A DNA stretch of 64,000 nt from Hyphochytrium catenoides. Taxonomy: Eukaryota > Protista > Hyphochytriomycota. Below the pieces are notes generated by a model. The model had not been told where the DNA came from. It ran no database searches and saw nothing but the letters and a program-made list of their open reading frames with translations. The DNA lies in the NCBI GenBank assembly GCA_900088475.1, contig FLMG01004655.1, positions 1 to 64,000 on the forward strand, written 5' to 3'. The position numbers were made by a program, and so were the translations under genes. Of the stretch, positions 22,946 to 37,900 are shown piece after piece (positions within the stretch are counted from its first letter, which is position 1; every line of letters starts with the position of its first letter).

Positions 22946-25900
22946 TTAAGCATCTGCCCAGCCTTCGGCGTTATGCAGTCTCACGTCTGCATCCATATTC
23001 GGAGAGTTCTTGATAGCAAAAACAAGCTTCTCTTTTAGAACTTCCTTGTTGGAGTAGGCTGGCAGGCTGAGAGAGAAGAAGCAGGTCTAGAAGAAAAAGG
23101 TGGTCAGGGGAAGTCATTCCTGCTAGATTGACCGTAACTCACCTGGGCATGGGGGAGGTACTTGTCAGGATGCTCTCGAGCACCTTGCTCATGTGCAGCT
23201 TGAATCTTGAAGTTCATGGGAAAGTCCTTCGCAGAATTGGGCATGCGACTCCGCGCCCAGACAAAGCGCAAGAAGAGAGTTCGCTCCTCTGAGGTCATAT
23301 CCCTAAGCACCTGCCAGAAGTTTTTCACGTGCTTGGCTTGTGGATCCACTTCCTCATATTCTGTGCATTGTTCCAAGAGGTCCACGTCCACCTCTCGCCT
23401 ACCGCATAGCAAGTCTTCCAGCTCCCTGTCAGTGAATAGGGGAAAGAGCTCCAGAGGAAGCACTGCCGCAAGACCTAGGTCGAGTCATGAAGTTTAATAA
23501 AAGAGAGGGCGCTCAACCTTCCGCAAGACCAGGATTACCTTCCGAGAGGGCCATCAGCTGTGACGCGCTTTCCTTTAATCGCTTTAGCTCAGAGAGTCTA
23601 GTGAACTCCAACAGGTTGACTCGGGATACTGGCATTGTATCTCCCTTTGGCACTAGAGCTACTTCTCTGCCATCGCTTAGTGTAGTTGTCATAAAGTGTT
23701 CCAGCGCAGGCTGAATTGGCTCGCCCATTCTAAGCATGCGCTCCAAGCGCTCCCAACTGTTTACAGCTACGACGTCAATCGCCTGATTGAGACAATTAGT
23801 AAAGCCTGATTAGTTATTGGAAAGTTCACACAGAACCCACCCGCAAATCTTCTCGATCAACAGAGAGGCCTGCCAAGGCTTTCCAAACAATTGAGGGCAG
23901 ATCCAGCCCCATCTGAAGCCCGTGTCGCACGGCGGTGCCCATTAGCTTGCCTAGAAACCTATGCAACTCAAGAGCAACCGCGCCATTCACGGCTGTTGAG
24001 GTACCGCAGGACGGGTTCAAAATGAATTTATCCTGATTTTGACCCACAGCGCCTCTCCGGTTTGGGCAAGGAATCAGGAGCGGGAGGAGAGTCTGCTCGC
24101 CTTTACCTAGCTCCACACTATCAAGCTGCAGCTCATCCACAACCTGTCGAAGATGTTACTAGCTGCGCCACACCTAGTTTTCTGGAAACTGACAGAAGCC
24201 TACCTGCTCAAAAACTGCTCGATATGGACCACCGTAGTCGTTGACCCCTTCTCCTAAGAACTTAACTTTGAAGGCACGCTTCTGTCCTCCATGCCCTTTC
24301 CCACAATATGCACGACGAAAGAAACTATCGTTCCACGATCTCATCTCCCTATAAAGTTGGCCAAAGACAGAACGGCGGAGTCTGTCGCTTGCCTATTCAT
24401 CATGTCAGTGACCTCTATACGCCACTCCTCTAAGATAGAACTAGGGAAACGAAGCCACAGATAGGTACGTGGCGCAAATGCGGTTAGAGAGCACAACACC
24501 AACCTGAGGCAGGGTCGCCAGCTTGGAAGCTTGGGCTTGGATTCTATTTATGCGGATCACACGAATTTCGCGCGGGTCTTCGTATTCATCAGACGGTAAC
24601 GGTGTATTCGTTGTTGTTGCCCGCAAAAACCTACGCAAGAAGTCAGTAAGCAAGTGACGTCGACCAGATTATTGAAGCAACCCCTACCAGTCCCAGAAGG
24701 AGCGCTTGGTGCTTGTAAAGACCAGAGTGCGCAGTGATCGCAAGCGTCGGCCAGCACTAACCCGACGCCATGTCCAGCTGACTGTGTCTGTGAGTTGGTG
24801 GCAGTGGTCAATGAAGTACAGGAACAGATAACGGACTCAAGAGGGAGGCTCTGGCAATCAAATGGCAGTATAGGGCTTACCTTCTTTCGCGGGCTTTATG
24901 AGTCCAACAAGGCTGTCGGGAATCTCCACCTTGATGTAAGGGAGAACACGTGCTAACTTGCTGTTGAAAGCCCGCAGAACGGCACAACGAGACCTTAGCT
25001 GGTAGCCCTTCATATCCCGCAACAGCCGCATCTCCCCAAAATAGTCATGTACACTATACACAGGTGGGCAAACAACCATGAGCCAGGTCAGTCTAACCAT
25101 GCTCAACCACCACACTGACCTAACAGCTGGGGATGTAGCAGCTTCTTCGGAGGACACGACATGGCTAAATCGCAAGTTGGGAGCATCCACTCCCTTAGCT
25201 GCACTGAGAGTGTTCAGGCATTGGACGAGCTGTGAGTCTGCCTCAACTGTCCAGCAGCTCTCAGTTACCGCAGCCACAAACTTCTCAAAGGACAAAGCGA
25301 GTTCCCTCTCGACTTCACTTTCAACCAGAACTTGGCTGGATTCTGAATAGCAATAGTGGCGTTAGCATTGTCGTCCCTTTCCTCATGTATTCATTCCAAG
25401 TCAGACTTCCACTATAGGAGCGTAATCTCCAACATCGGTAGATCGACTATCGCATAAACCTAAGTTATAGTCCCATGCTCCATAGCTTGCCTCTTTCTCT
25501 TTTACACAATGTGCCCAGTGATCTACCTCTTTAATCAAAACAAACTCTGCCCTTACCTGCCATATCTTCTACGTCTGCCATTGGTTGATCGTCGTCAGCT
25601 ACATTGGACGTAGCTTTATTCATATCTTTGCCATTTCTTTTCAGCAGTTGTACTTCGATCAACTCGTGAGGTGTCCAGTACCAAGCCCACAATCGGCCCT
25701 CTTCCGCACCCTCATGACCCTGCGTCTCTGTCCGATACCAAAGATGGTCTGCATAAACACCCAAGACTACAGCCTCCTCAGGTTGATCCAGCTCTCGGCC
25801 TCCGCTAGTGCTAACTTTTACCCGATCCCCTGCGTACAGGGGAAGGACAAGCCCTGCATTCCTAGCAATGTCATCGCATGATGCCTTGGAGGTGTCAAAG

Positions 25901-28900
25901 TCAACAACAAGCCCTCGCGGCCTGATGGGGTAACGATGCCACCTCTCTTCCTTCCATCTTTTATAGTTCTCCCAGGCGTCTCGCAGAAAATGTCGCGGCA
26001 GATCTGGCTTTTTGATACCGATCCTTGGTCCCAAGACCTCAAAAGAAGCATCTGATTCGCCGCAGGTCCAAAAGTAGAGTAGGGCATCTACTTCGCTAAG
26101 ATCGCTAAGGATCCTGCGGGAGGGGACTCCAGGTGAAGAGACGAACTTATTGTTAAGAGATATCTTGTCTCCCGCCTTCCGCAGACCAATGGCGGGATAG
26201 AGCGTCCTATACAGGCCGCGGTCCCCGTGAAGGTTGTCAAACGCTACCCCAAGATCAGAGACAATGTGCTCACCGTACTTTATACCTATGTGAGACAGAT
26301 AAAGAGGAGGCATCTCAGTTCTACACTACGGGGAAAGATTGATAACAGTGGTGAGATTGAAAGGTCGATGAAGTGCGAATCAACCAGACTCTCAATCAGA
26401 AAGCATTGACTGATAGAGACTAGAAAGCGAACAGACTGAAGTGACTATGTACATACCATCCATGAAAAATGCTAGCTTTCCTCGCTCCATATCCAATCTG
26501 ACCCCAATAGTGTCGCCGGCATTGAAATGATCTCCGTAGATTCGCTCCGTTGAATTGTGATAGGTTGCTCTAAAGTTCACAAAACCCCATCCATGCCACC
26601 GATTGAGACGGTTGGACAAAGCCGCATGAGTTCCTGGCGGCCCTGGCTTCTCACAGACCCCAATGAAGACACTCCCAAACTCTGCCTGCTCCACCTTTAC
26701 TTCCCAGTAATGCACACCACGAGAGAAGCCTACTGTGCCTAAGACCATTGATCGGGTATCTCCGCTTACGCATGTCGCAGTGCTACCATCTTCGGTCACT
26801 GATATGCTGCTTGCGCAGCAGTCCCTGTCCAAAGCAAAAAGCTTGTTCTTTTCAATGAAAATAGTCCCTGTTTCACAAGCTCGTTAGTCTGCCGCGGCTT
26901 CTGGTCCAGTGTGGAGTAAGACTTCAGACTCATGTGACGATAGCAGTACAAGCGCCGAACGACAAAAATGAGATCTCCAACGAGTTGTAGTTGAACCTAA
27001 TCGCTAAGAGACCATAGAGACATAAAGCGGACTAAAAGACAAGTCAATAAAAACGAAAAGATTAGCATCCTCGCGCGCATTCTAGAACTTGCATTACCGT
27101 GGACTTCCCGTAATCTCCCTTTATGGAGCACGTTATGTCTAAAATCGCCTTTCATAAGGTCGAGCTTGCCATCCACAGATGAGAATCTGTAGGCGGTGCC
27201 AGGTTGCCAATTCTCAGAGCCAAATCTTGCTGTCCAACCCATATCTGCATCTCCCTGTACTAACTGCAGCTCTCTGAACCAGAATGAGCCATGGACTCGA
27301 TCTCTCTTTCCCACAATAGAGGCGACAGCTCCATAGTCTGGCCACTCGATGACTCCGCGGATGGTTTCTGACCCTTCCTCATCTGGTAATGCTTGGGATA
27401 TCCTGATGATGATTCCCAGGTGAAGTTCGATACCGAAACCACCATGATCCTTTACTGTGGCTTTGGGGGTGGGGTATCGATAGGTGACAACCCCATTCTC
27501 GACCTCTACATGGGTGAGGTCGTAATATCCATCCGCGCCCCATCGATAGGTATATAGGGAGTCATTCGGCCACCGAACGCTGAGTCCCTCGCCTTCAACA
27601 CCGCTCCAAGGACTAACGCTCTCCACAACGCCTACATTCCCTTCCCCTCCGTCTTGCTCTTTCCACTTCCAGTCGGGCCCTCGAACGACTTTCCTGCCTG
27701 GGACGACAGGAGGCACAGCAGGGTGCCGCTCAGAACCATCCTTCTCGTTTTGAACTACATGTTGTACGACTCTTCCGCTCCACAGCTCTGAGCCAGTATC
27801 TGAGAGGACACCACACTCTGGTCCGTAATACCATTGAGTGTCGGAATTGTCTTTGATGCCAAGGCGGGCTGCGGCGACCTGCGTGAAAGAGTAACTAAAA
27901 TGACTATGTCTGTGCACCTTACACCATCAGGTCCACCCTTTACCTTGCTACTATCCTCCGAAGCAAGATCACCTGTATCAATCACGAGAACTTCGGCTTG
28001 GTCCCCAACAAGCTCATCGTCGTCTACATAGTTGGGATTCGAAGAATGGCCCCCATCTTATACCATAAAGGATTCGAGTGTTACAGACTTTACCAAAATA
28101 TTGTGTGTGGGTACGATAATTACCTCTTTCAGCCCCTCCGCTGCGCAAATCAAGCTTGCTGTCTGCGTTGTCATTTGAGTCGCGATTTCCAATGGAGAAA
28201 ACGATAGATGATCCCTTTGAAGGATTTCCCATGTCCAGCTGCATCGCTTGGACAGTAATATCGCCGTAATCCTCCTCCTCCTCTTCCTCGTCCTCATCTT
28301 CCTCAAGATCTTGAACTTCATCATTGCCTAACCCATCGCCTATCAACACTTTAGGGACCGTCCATACCTGAAATCCAGTACGTTCAGTAGCAAACTTACC
28401 ATCACCCTCAGTGGAAATTACTCTCTCCTCTCTTTCGGTGGAGTCTGTTACTGGAGCTAAACCACTAGGAACTTGCTCTGCTCTCTGGACAACCTCTTCA
28501 GCCACAATTCTGCTATTGTGATCCGATGAAGAGCCTCCACGGACAAGGTCGCTAGGCGTCACTGGGCTTTCTACAGCTTCATCACTCTTTGCTGGTGCCA
28601 ATCGACTCTTCCTTTCCTCAGCCTCAGCCTTCTCAATTTTATACCTTTTCCAATCCTCAGTATAAATCTCCCGGATGTAGTCCTCAGCAGCAGCTGCTGC
28701 TGTCATCATAGATAATCTCCGCTTACTCTGATCGTCATACTCAAGGCTAATGAAGGAGGCAGCGAGGCGAAGCACTGAAACAAACTCCAGCAAGCTCTGC
28801 AAATATCTTGATGATATAGGAATGCCCTTCCGCTCCTTATCTATGCGGTCAGCAGCCATCGAGCATAGCCTTGATATCGGCAACATGGTGAGGTATTCCT

Positions 28901-31900
28901 TCAAGACTGCAGGAGGAGTCTGCAATAATTTCTGTTAGTGTTCAAGCCCATGTATGTTAGGAGAGGGAAGCAAATGCGGTGAATAGAACCAGAATCACCT
29001 CACATATACTCCAGGCCTTAACTCACCGCGAGAGCACCGTTCGGAAGAACATCATGCAGCACTGCTGCAAGGACCGCCATGCCTTTTTCCTTAAGTGCCA
29101 TTGAAGGCGAGTGCAGAGACGTAGCCCATGCAGAGAATATAGTAAGAGGAATCAAATGTGGGGCGGCTGGAGATAACGATGATGCTCCAACTTCACGAGA
29201 AAGCTCCATAAGCAATCCCGTCAACTTCTCCGCAAGCGATACGTTAGGGTGAGAAAGCGCTTCTCCGTCATTCCAAGAAGCTCCAGCTTCAACGCTGATT
29301 TGCATTAATGCAGATGTGACAGATGCTTCGCTACTATCCCAAGGTATTCCCGCATACCTTCTTTGTGACGCATTCGCAACCTACGGCCGTCAGCAGTATA
29401 TTAGGCACCGAGGACTACGTTTAATGAAAGTAACCATACAAGAAGACCTACCTCCTCAGCCACGCTGGCGAGAAGCTGCCTCATAAAGTTGTCCTGGACC
29501 TTGCCGGTTTGGGTATTTATTAGAGCTGCCTTGATAACTGGACATAGTGCTTGCAACGTTACACTCTTTTGATATGTAGCCACGCTGATGGCATTTCCCT
29601 CTTCCATCCTGGCTCTCTCTTCTTCACTTAGGCTAGGGCTCAGCCGCTTCGAATGCTGAGCTCCAACCGTAGCCACCAGCTTGATGAGGCGAACAAACGA
29701 CTGTTGATCTGAACCTGACGCCTCAGAGAGTGAAGGCTGCTCGCAGCCAATCGCAGCTAAAGAAAATGGCCCAAGTAACTCTTCTGGCCAAAACGCAAGC
29801 AGGTTAACCAGAGTGCGCCTAGCGTAAAGCACTGAAAGTGAAATCGTGGCCTGTAAAAGATCATCTGCCAACCCTGCCGGACGGTCCTCCTGATTCCCTG
29901 TTCGCGTGCCGATTAGAGGCCCCAGGGCACTTCTGGTCGTCCCTGAGGAAGACCGTCCACTTCCAGTTTCTTTGCCAAAATACCGTGACTCCCATACATA
30001 GTTCTCTTCACCAACTGATTCTTCCAAACAATCAATAATCTCAGAATCCTTATAAGTCTTAATATTTCTCGGAACCCGGTTCTGCGGCAAGAGAGCGTCC
30101 ATGATCTAATGGGGACGCGTCATAGCAGAAGATTAGGCGCAAGAAAGAGAAGGGCAATAATTGGTGCAAGTGGGAATCACATCCCCAAGTAAGCTAGCTC
30201 AGGGGGACATACTCACCGGTCTAAATCCTGGTGGTGGGCCATATTTGAAGGCCGGGGCGTGGAAAAGTCCTCCTCCAAGGTTAAACCGAACTGTCTCTCT
30301 GCGATTGAAGCTTGCACAAGGATAGAGGCCCCCAGTAAACTCAATACCTCGGAAGGCGACACCCATCCCAACGCTCTTTGTCTTTCCGTTGAGGGCGAAC
30401 ATTAAAATCCCGGCGTCCACGTCAGCGGCACAACCTACCACGTCTCCCACTTTCCACTACAAGGGGAGAGGATTTGATGAGCAACGAAGGAGCGCCGTCT
30501 ATTAGCCCAAGAAGCTATTCACGCAGGAGATACCTTTGCCCCCCAGGCGGAGGAAGACCCATGCCACTTCATCTGGCGCCAGCCGTCATAGGCCCAAGAG
30601 TGTGGCCCATCTCCAACACCATCACCTCTGTCAGCAGCTCCTTGGAAGCCCGTGTCTGCCCAACCGATTTGGATGCAGCCACTAGTTAATAGTGTGGCCT
30701 GCAGTGGATCAGCATCAGCAATGAGATCAACAAATCACTTGCAAGTCGGCATCTGCCACACACCTCGTAATACCATTTGCCCGTCGTAAGGACCGCGCTC
30801 CTGGCCCCAACACTTGCGAAGCCACCGCCTGAGAGACCCTCGACTGTGAGCGTATCAGAAATAGACGCTTGTCCGCTGACAGCGATCAGAGGGTTAGGGC
30901 CGTGGTAAACCATCTCCTCATTGAACGAGCTTGGTAAGGCTGACAGGTCATCCTTCAGAGCTGCCTCTCGCGCCAGCTTCTCCTCCTGATCCTTCCTATC
31001 CTCCGCCTCGAGAGATTCCCCATTTGAGAGGATCCAAGTCAGCGCAAGGTCCACATTGTTCCTGTTAGCGGCCAAGGCTTTCTTGCACCAGGTTACGGGG
31101 AAGCCCATTTCCACCAATTGGTCTAAGAGGGGGTTTCGCTTCTCTGTTGACCTTGCCAATTCGGCAGAAGCCTTTGCAGCAGTGCTTCTGGCATCGTTGT
31201 GTGCATTGACAAGCCTTTCCATGTCTCCGCCATGCTCAAAGCAGAAGTTGATGGCTCTCTCAACATCGTTTCCGCAGGTGGCAAGGGCAACCTCACACCA
31301 ATCGCGAGGAAAACCCATCTCCATCATCTGATGGCATAAAGGAGAGGGCTCAGGCCTCTGACCAGAAGAACCAGCTGATTCGCTTAGTGCACTCGATGGC
31401 CGTGAAGAGGTTGAAGACGGCTCTCGTTTATGCGAAATTGCGTCCAACCGCCGTCTTCGGCTATCGTGCCACTTCGCCCAGAGGTGGAGCCATTTATCTT
31501 CTAATTCGTTCGCATCACCGATGCTTGACACGTTGTGGCCGGTCACTGCAACTCGAAGAAGCTCCTTTAGAGTATCAAGAGCTATTTTTCGCTGCTCTGA
31601 TGAAGTCCCGGAGAAATGTTGTCCGGACACAAATGCTGCTGCTAGCTCCGGTGCCTTGACTAGCTCTGCTGCCGTCCTAAAAAAAGCAATGCAGTGGATC
31701 CATTAGGAAGTAGCTCTCCAATTGTCCAATAGAGAGTGAAGAAAGTAAACGGATGCAAAACCCACCTAAACGAAGTGAGGAAAGTGAACGCGTGGAGTAT
31801 CCCTGCTTCGTCGTCCATTTCTTTCGCAATATTTTTCAGTTCAGTTGTTATGTTTGTCAAGGAACTCGCGTTGTTCAAGTCTCCACCCGATCCTGGATCA

Positions 31901-34900
31901 TCATCAAGCGTCATGTCTGTGGGACTCTCCTCCTCGTCAACAACCTCTTCCTCTTCTCCCGCAGACTCCAGTGTTAATACTTCCCTGACTTCTACAAGCT
32001 GCCTAAGGCCCCTCAACAAAAGACCGAAATTGGTGCCAAAAAATGATCTAAGGACATCCTGAGAGACAAACTTTGCTTCTGGAATGATCTCTGGTACAGG
32101 CGTCAAATCATCAACAGGGAGCCTCACAGGCCTCGTCGGCTGCGGAGATGGTGAGAGGCGTGATCCTTTCCCTCCTCCAGGCCCTTCTTTTTGATCGGAT
32201 CCCATCATACTGCTACTAATAACTACTTCTGCCGTGCTCTTGGACGGATCGTACGACACCAAAATCCCTCTTGCCCCCCTCCAGGCAGTCTCTTGAAAGT
32301 TGCCTATTGTGGACCGTTAGCGAGCAGTAAACCGATCTGGCTTGAACAATGACTAACCTGAGCGCGGGACCAAGCAAACAGCTCCTCCTACCCGCAAGCC
32401 TTCGATATATCCACCTAATACCCAAAGGGCAGATATAGCCTTGCGCATATTTGAATAAAAGTCAAACCACTGAGGAGCCCCTGTCTTTAGAATATGATGT
32501 GCAGTTCTTCGAGCTTCATCTACATCTGTCTTTTCAGCTGCAGACCGAAGATTGGCGCTGATCAACTTTTGAAAGCTGCGGTCATCCGGATGATATTGGT
32601 ACAAAAAGGAGCTTTCTAGTGCACCTTGACAAGCAGCATTGACATGCCGCGTCCAAGTCTCAGAGATTTGGAGGGAACGAAGCAAACTTACTGCTTCCGC
32701 AGCCAAGGCACTTGAATTCTTGAAGTGCGGTGTGCGTCCGGCATCTGGTTGGTTGACGGTGTGGATGATTGCCCCTGCGATCCCAAGCTCCCCTGGTAAC
32801 TGGGAAAACGACTGTACTGCTTTCCTCATGAGCGCATCGCAGACAGAGTTTGGAAGCAATCGGCCAACTGCACCCAAAAGGAAGCTCATGAGAGACTGCG
32901 CGGGTGGTGTTTGGCCGCCCTCTCCATCTGAATTTGCTTCTTCATAGAGTTCATCCTCACTTTCATCTTCCACGTACGTGAAGTCCTTGGTCAATTGAAG
33001 GCTTGAGGTCAAAGAATCAGGATCGATGGATGGGAGCAGGCGTTTCAAAATGCGGAGGACCTTTCGCTGGATTTGGGGTGTACCACCATCTACCAACGCC
33101 ACTAGGAGCCTCAACCAGCGGGAGGACGACAGGTGACTACGACATACGCCTGCCCCGCTAACAGAAAACAACAGGGAGCAGATTTGGTAGCAGTACTGTC
33201 CAGCCTCACCAGCACCATCCGCCAACGATATCTCTGTACCATGAGAGCTCTCGACTGGATCCTTTCGGTGGGCAGCAGTACTGCGAGACATGAGGGCTTC
33301 CTGACGCAGACTGTGCAGAGAGTTACGAAGCTCTGTGTATAGCATGTCAAACACCGACTTCCCGAGGGTTTCAGGGCCAGAAGGCTTCCTCGAAAGAGGG
33401 ATGGCACTTAAAGATATCGTAACAGGCAGGGGATCAGAGACTTCGCTTAGCCCAGCCTCTTCGTTTCCAGACCCGGCCGACTCACCTACGCTAGCAACTT
33501 GCGCTGCCAGAAGATGAACTACTTTTAGCGCGGCTTGGACGATCCTTTTCTTAGCATCAACAGCGAAGCCCATGGCCTCAGGTCCGTCTCCGATACGGCT
33601 CTTGTTAGAGACGTCCACGTCATTCTTCCTAAGCTCATGTTTCTCAGCTGACCTGGACTCGTCTAATACCGTTTGTAGAATACGGAAGATGCCTATTCTT
33701 GAGAGGAAGGCGTGATCATCGGGCTTTATGACGATACCCCAACTGTCCAAAAGGGCTAACTGCAGGTCAGTATCGCCAGCCCAGGTCGCCTTGGACAAGA
33801 TTGATGCGAGGAGTGAGTATACTGCCTCAAAAGCCCCACGGATATCGGAAAGGATATGTCTACCACTTCCTCCCAATCCATTTAGATAGTAGCCCTCCTC
33901 CAGCTGTCCGATGTTATGATTTGATGAAGTCTTCAGACGGAGGAATAGAGGCGCGGAAGGGCTAAAATCTACGTCCATCTGGGCACCACGTAATGCTGGA
34001 GCCACCCACTGTACTAGGGCTGCCACTGAACCTGAGTTCTGCAGGCCGCCATCAGCACTGCTGGTCGCGAAGCCACTGTAAGGTGTGTGTCGTCCATCTC
34101 CTAATAATGCTCTGATGGATTGGAGCCCATAGGCTCGGAGAAGAGCTCGAGTAGAGTTGGCTAGCATTAAAGCCTGCAGTTTGTGTATCCTCAGAGGAGC
34201 TTCAAGGAATCTAGAGATGAGGAGTACAGTGCTAGAAAAGGCCCTCTCTGCCACCGCTCTAGTGTCCGTTTTTCTAGTAATTGAAGAGTGCTCAAATGGG
34301 TCGCGAATTGGTCCAAGCTGCTCTCCTATTTCAGCAAGAGATATGGCTGCGAGCAGCTCAGGATTAGGGCGCAACGTCAACAAGAACTTCGCCTTGCGTA
34401 AGACCACGTTGGCCATTGTCCCGTAGGTGGACCCCGTCTGGTTCTTAGCCCGGATAGCCCATTCGACCACTCTTTGAGCAGCTCTCCAAGCATGGGTAAG
34501 GCGGTCATCAGGTCTAATCTCAGCCTCCTTACTTGCAATGCCAAGATCAATTTGTTGTGCAGGAGCCGCTGCCTGGCACTGCGCCAAACCGAGAGAGACA
34601 CAACCACAGTGAACCAAAATAGCAGCACATACAGCTCTTCTTGCAGTTTTCATTATTTCGCCGCCGATTCGGCTGAACGCAGACTCTCCGATGTGCTTTA
34701 GCACCCACTTGTCAACCTTGGCTGGCTTCCCATGCCCTTCGATGAGTTCATTGAGAAAACCGATTTCTGACATGTCAGCATTCTCCATACCGGAACCCTG
34801 CATTAAAAAAGTGGAGCCAAATGAAGGCATGACGGATCGTATCCAGTCCCTCGGCTTTTGCAATTTGCTTTCCTCCAGATCCCTTCCCCAACTTTGTAGG

Positions 34901-37900
34901 TTCCACTCAGAAGCAACATCACATAGGTGATCTAGAATCGTCGATACTGGCAGTCCGCCACTAAGAAGGGGGCCTTCTACCCATTCGGTATAGATTGTTG
35001 CATTCGCTTCTTTCGAACCTGCTAGCTCAGCGTCAGCTTGCTCTTCAAGAGAAGAATTACCTTGGTTGGGCTGGTTAGAACTAGGGAGCTGTGTATGGTA
35101 AAAAGATTCGTTCCCTAGAAGTCCCGCATTGCCCAGAATTAAAGCATAGCAAAATTTTCCCATGGCCGTCGCCGCGACTTGCTCGAGAAGGAGGAGCCGT
35201 CGGACCGCATGACCCAGCGACTGCAATGGTGAGTCTTCGGCCACCGCAGATCGAATTCCCACGATGCTGCCAGTTGTCTTAGACTTGGTGTCCTCATACG
35301 TCCCGTTGAACGCCTTGTTGTCTGCACGAATTCGCCCCTCAATAAAACAAGTCCCACCCTGCCGCCAGGTTTCAAGGAAACGAATCTTTCTTCCGCGCAC
35401 AGCCCCTTTCAAAGTTACTGCTGAAAAGGCGCCTTTACTCTTCCCACTCACCTCACCACTATCACCCTGTTCCAGTTGCAGCATGTATTGCTGAGCTGGA
35501 ATACTACCTGCTGCCATACTTTTTAGCTCCCATTCCCCAGAGACATCTACGGCTATCTCTAGAGGTGTTAAGGACTCCGCTCCTAATGCCCTACCATTGG
35601 AACCCTTTGGCGAAGACTGAAGGACTCCGTGCACTCGTCGATTGAGGCTGTCCAGCCGCTTGATTAGCGTGGAGAGCCGGGGAACAAGCTCTAGTTGGAA
35701 AATAGGAGAGATATCTGAAAGCTTACGGATGCTTGCAATTCCACTAAGTAGTGGTGGTAGGAGGTAACCCAACACTGGATAATTTGCTAGAATCTTAGGA
35801 CTCTCAGTCTTGTTAAGGGACTGCAACACGCCACTGTGGCCGGCGGTCCCCCCAGTTTTCAATGCTTCTTGAATACGTCTTTGAAAGGCGCTCATATTTG
35901 CTTCGGATAGCATTTCCAAGCAAGCGTCTATCAATTGGTGAGCGTAACCAATCGCGGGACCAAGCACTATTGGGGGCAAGCTTGCTCCGTTGCAGTGTTG
36001 TTCTTGAATTCCTGTCATTGCTGTCTTGCTCTTTAGACCATGCTCCGCCGACACGACTGGAAGTATCGCCACCTGGTCATCCTTCTGGTAGAGCCCAACC
36101 GCAGGGTATAGGGTCCCGACCTGCGTCAGTCCATCGAAAGCCACACCCCATGAGTTGTCGTCAATACCAAATGATAGAGCACCAGTGTCGGTATTAAGCT
36201 GAACTTTCACGACACTTCCGGTACTGAAGCCTTCACCATAGTCCCCTCGGACCTTGCTCCTGTTGTGCCATAGGGCTCGAGTACCAATTAGCCCCCAACC
36301 TTGACGATCACCCCCCACGTAAGTGCTCACGGATGCCTCCTTTGTGGCGACGCCAAGAAATATATGACCCTTCTCACACTTATCCAATCGGACGGCCCAC
36401 TCGTGAATACCTGTGCCAGGAGGACAACCTGTGGCCACCATCACGGTACCCCACTGTTTAGCTGCATGCTGCTTCGCCGTCCGATTGTTGTCGGACAAGG
36501 TTATCGTCTCAGCACAGCGCGATTCGTCAAACTCTAAAGTGGGTGGGTCGTCACCTGCGTTTCCTCCAAGAGTTTGGACCATTAAGTCTTGAATAGATCT
36601 GAGCAGCAAAGCACGGGGCATTTGGTCGCATGGATGAACTACCAGCTCCAACGTCTTCCTTAGGAAGCCAGTCCCTTCCCACTGCTCCACAGTAACTAAC
36701 CGTAGCAAAAGTGTCATAATGCGTGGCAGGAAGAACAGGTTTTCCTCTCTTTCATCATTTGTAGTATGGGCGATTGTCCACCACGATTCGTAAAGAGCAT
36801 CCACCCGGTGGATGCCATGCGGTAGCGAATCAACAGTGGTCTCATGCAGGCTGAGCCCATGTTCCTCGAGCCAGGCCACTGACGCGACTTCGTTCAGATA
36901 GGAGATCACTGCTTCTTGCGACAGCTTTCCAGAAGAGACCCCTTCCACCACCTCCTCTGGAGTCCAGCGAAGACGGTGGTATCGAGACCTTCCCAGAAAA
37001 GACCTTGAATCAGCTGACGTTGCTTCAGCTCCTGCCAAATGCTCCTTTTTTGACGGACTCATCTCAAGCCTTTCAATCTCATCGCCTAATACGGCTGGTA
37101 GAGCCGGCACGAAATGGTTGGCCATGTCTGGAAGGGAAAGTCTAGCGCAAAGCAAGTCCAGCTGGCTGTTCAACAACTTCGCTCTATCCAAAGAAAGTCG
37201 CTGAGTGTCCATTACTTGTTTGAGCAGCTTCACCAGAAGCCTCATCCGTTCCGTGTGGGTAGGATAGAAATGCGGGATTGCTTTAACCCATACTGCCAAG
37301 GCTATGTAACCTGAGTGGCAGGTATACTCTGTGGCCAAATCCAAAGCTGACAGCTTTTCAAATTGGTTAGGGACCTCCCTCTTCGTAGGGAGTGATGGAC
37401 TAATAGTTGAGTTATCCATTGTTCTCAAGATATGCTCTCGAAGTTTGTGTATTACTGGATTGCTACTACCTTCGTGGCTCTGCCCGGCAACCGCATGCCC
37501 CAAGCCAACCGAAGCGGGCTGGAGACTCGCCACCTCAACATGGAAGAGGTTGCCGTGGAGGATTCGCAGCAGACTGACATAAGCGCAGGCTCGAGTCAGA
37601 CTCCACGTAGGCGAAGTCACAGCGTCATCCAACTCCATGGCGACACTTGAGCTATTATTCAAGTTTCCAGGATCGAGCTTAGTAAGGAGATACTGGATGA
37701 TGAGAAAGGTAAGGGGATGTGGATGGATAGCATCGGGAGGTTGGCTAGGGTCCGAAGCACCCTGAAGCCAGCCGTTGATGTAAGCAGTCGCCTGTTTGTC
37801 CGCTTTTACAAGTAGGGAGGTCAGCACGGCATAGGCTGGAACAAAGGGCCCACCATCGCTTCCCTTAAGGTAGCCAACGGCATCAATTTCTTCTGCCGAG

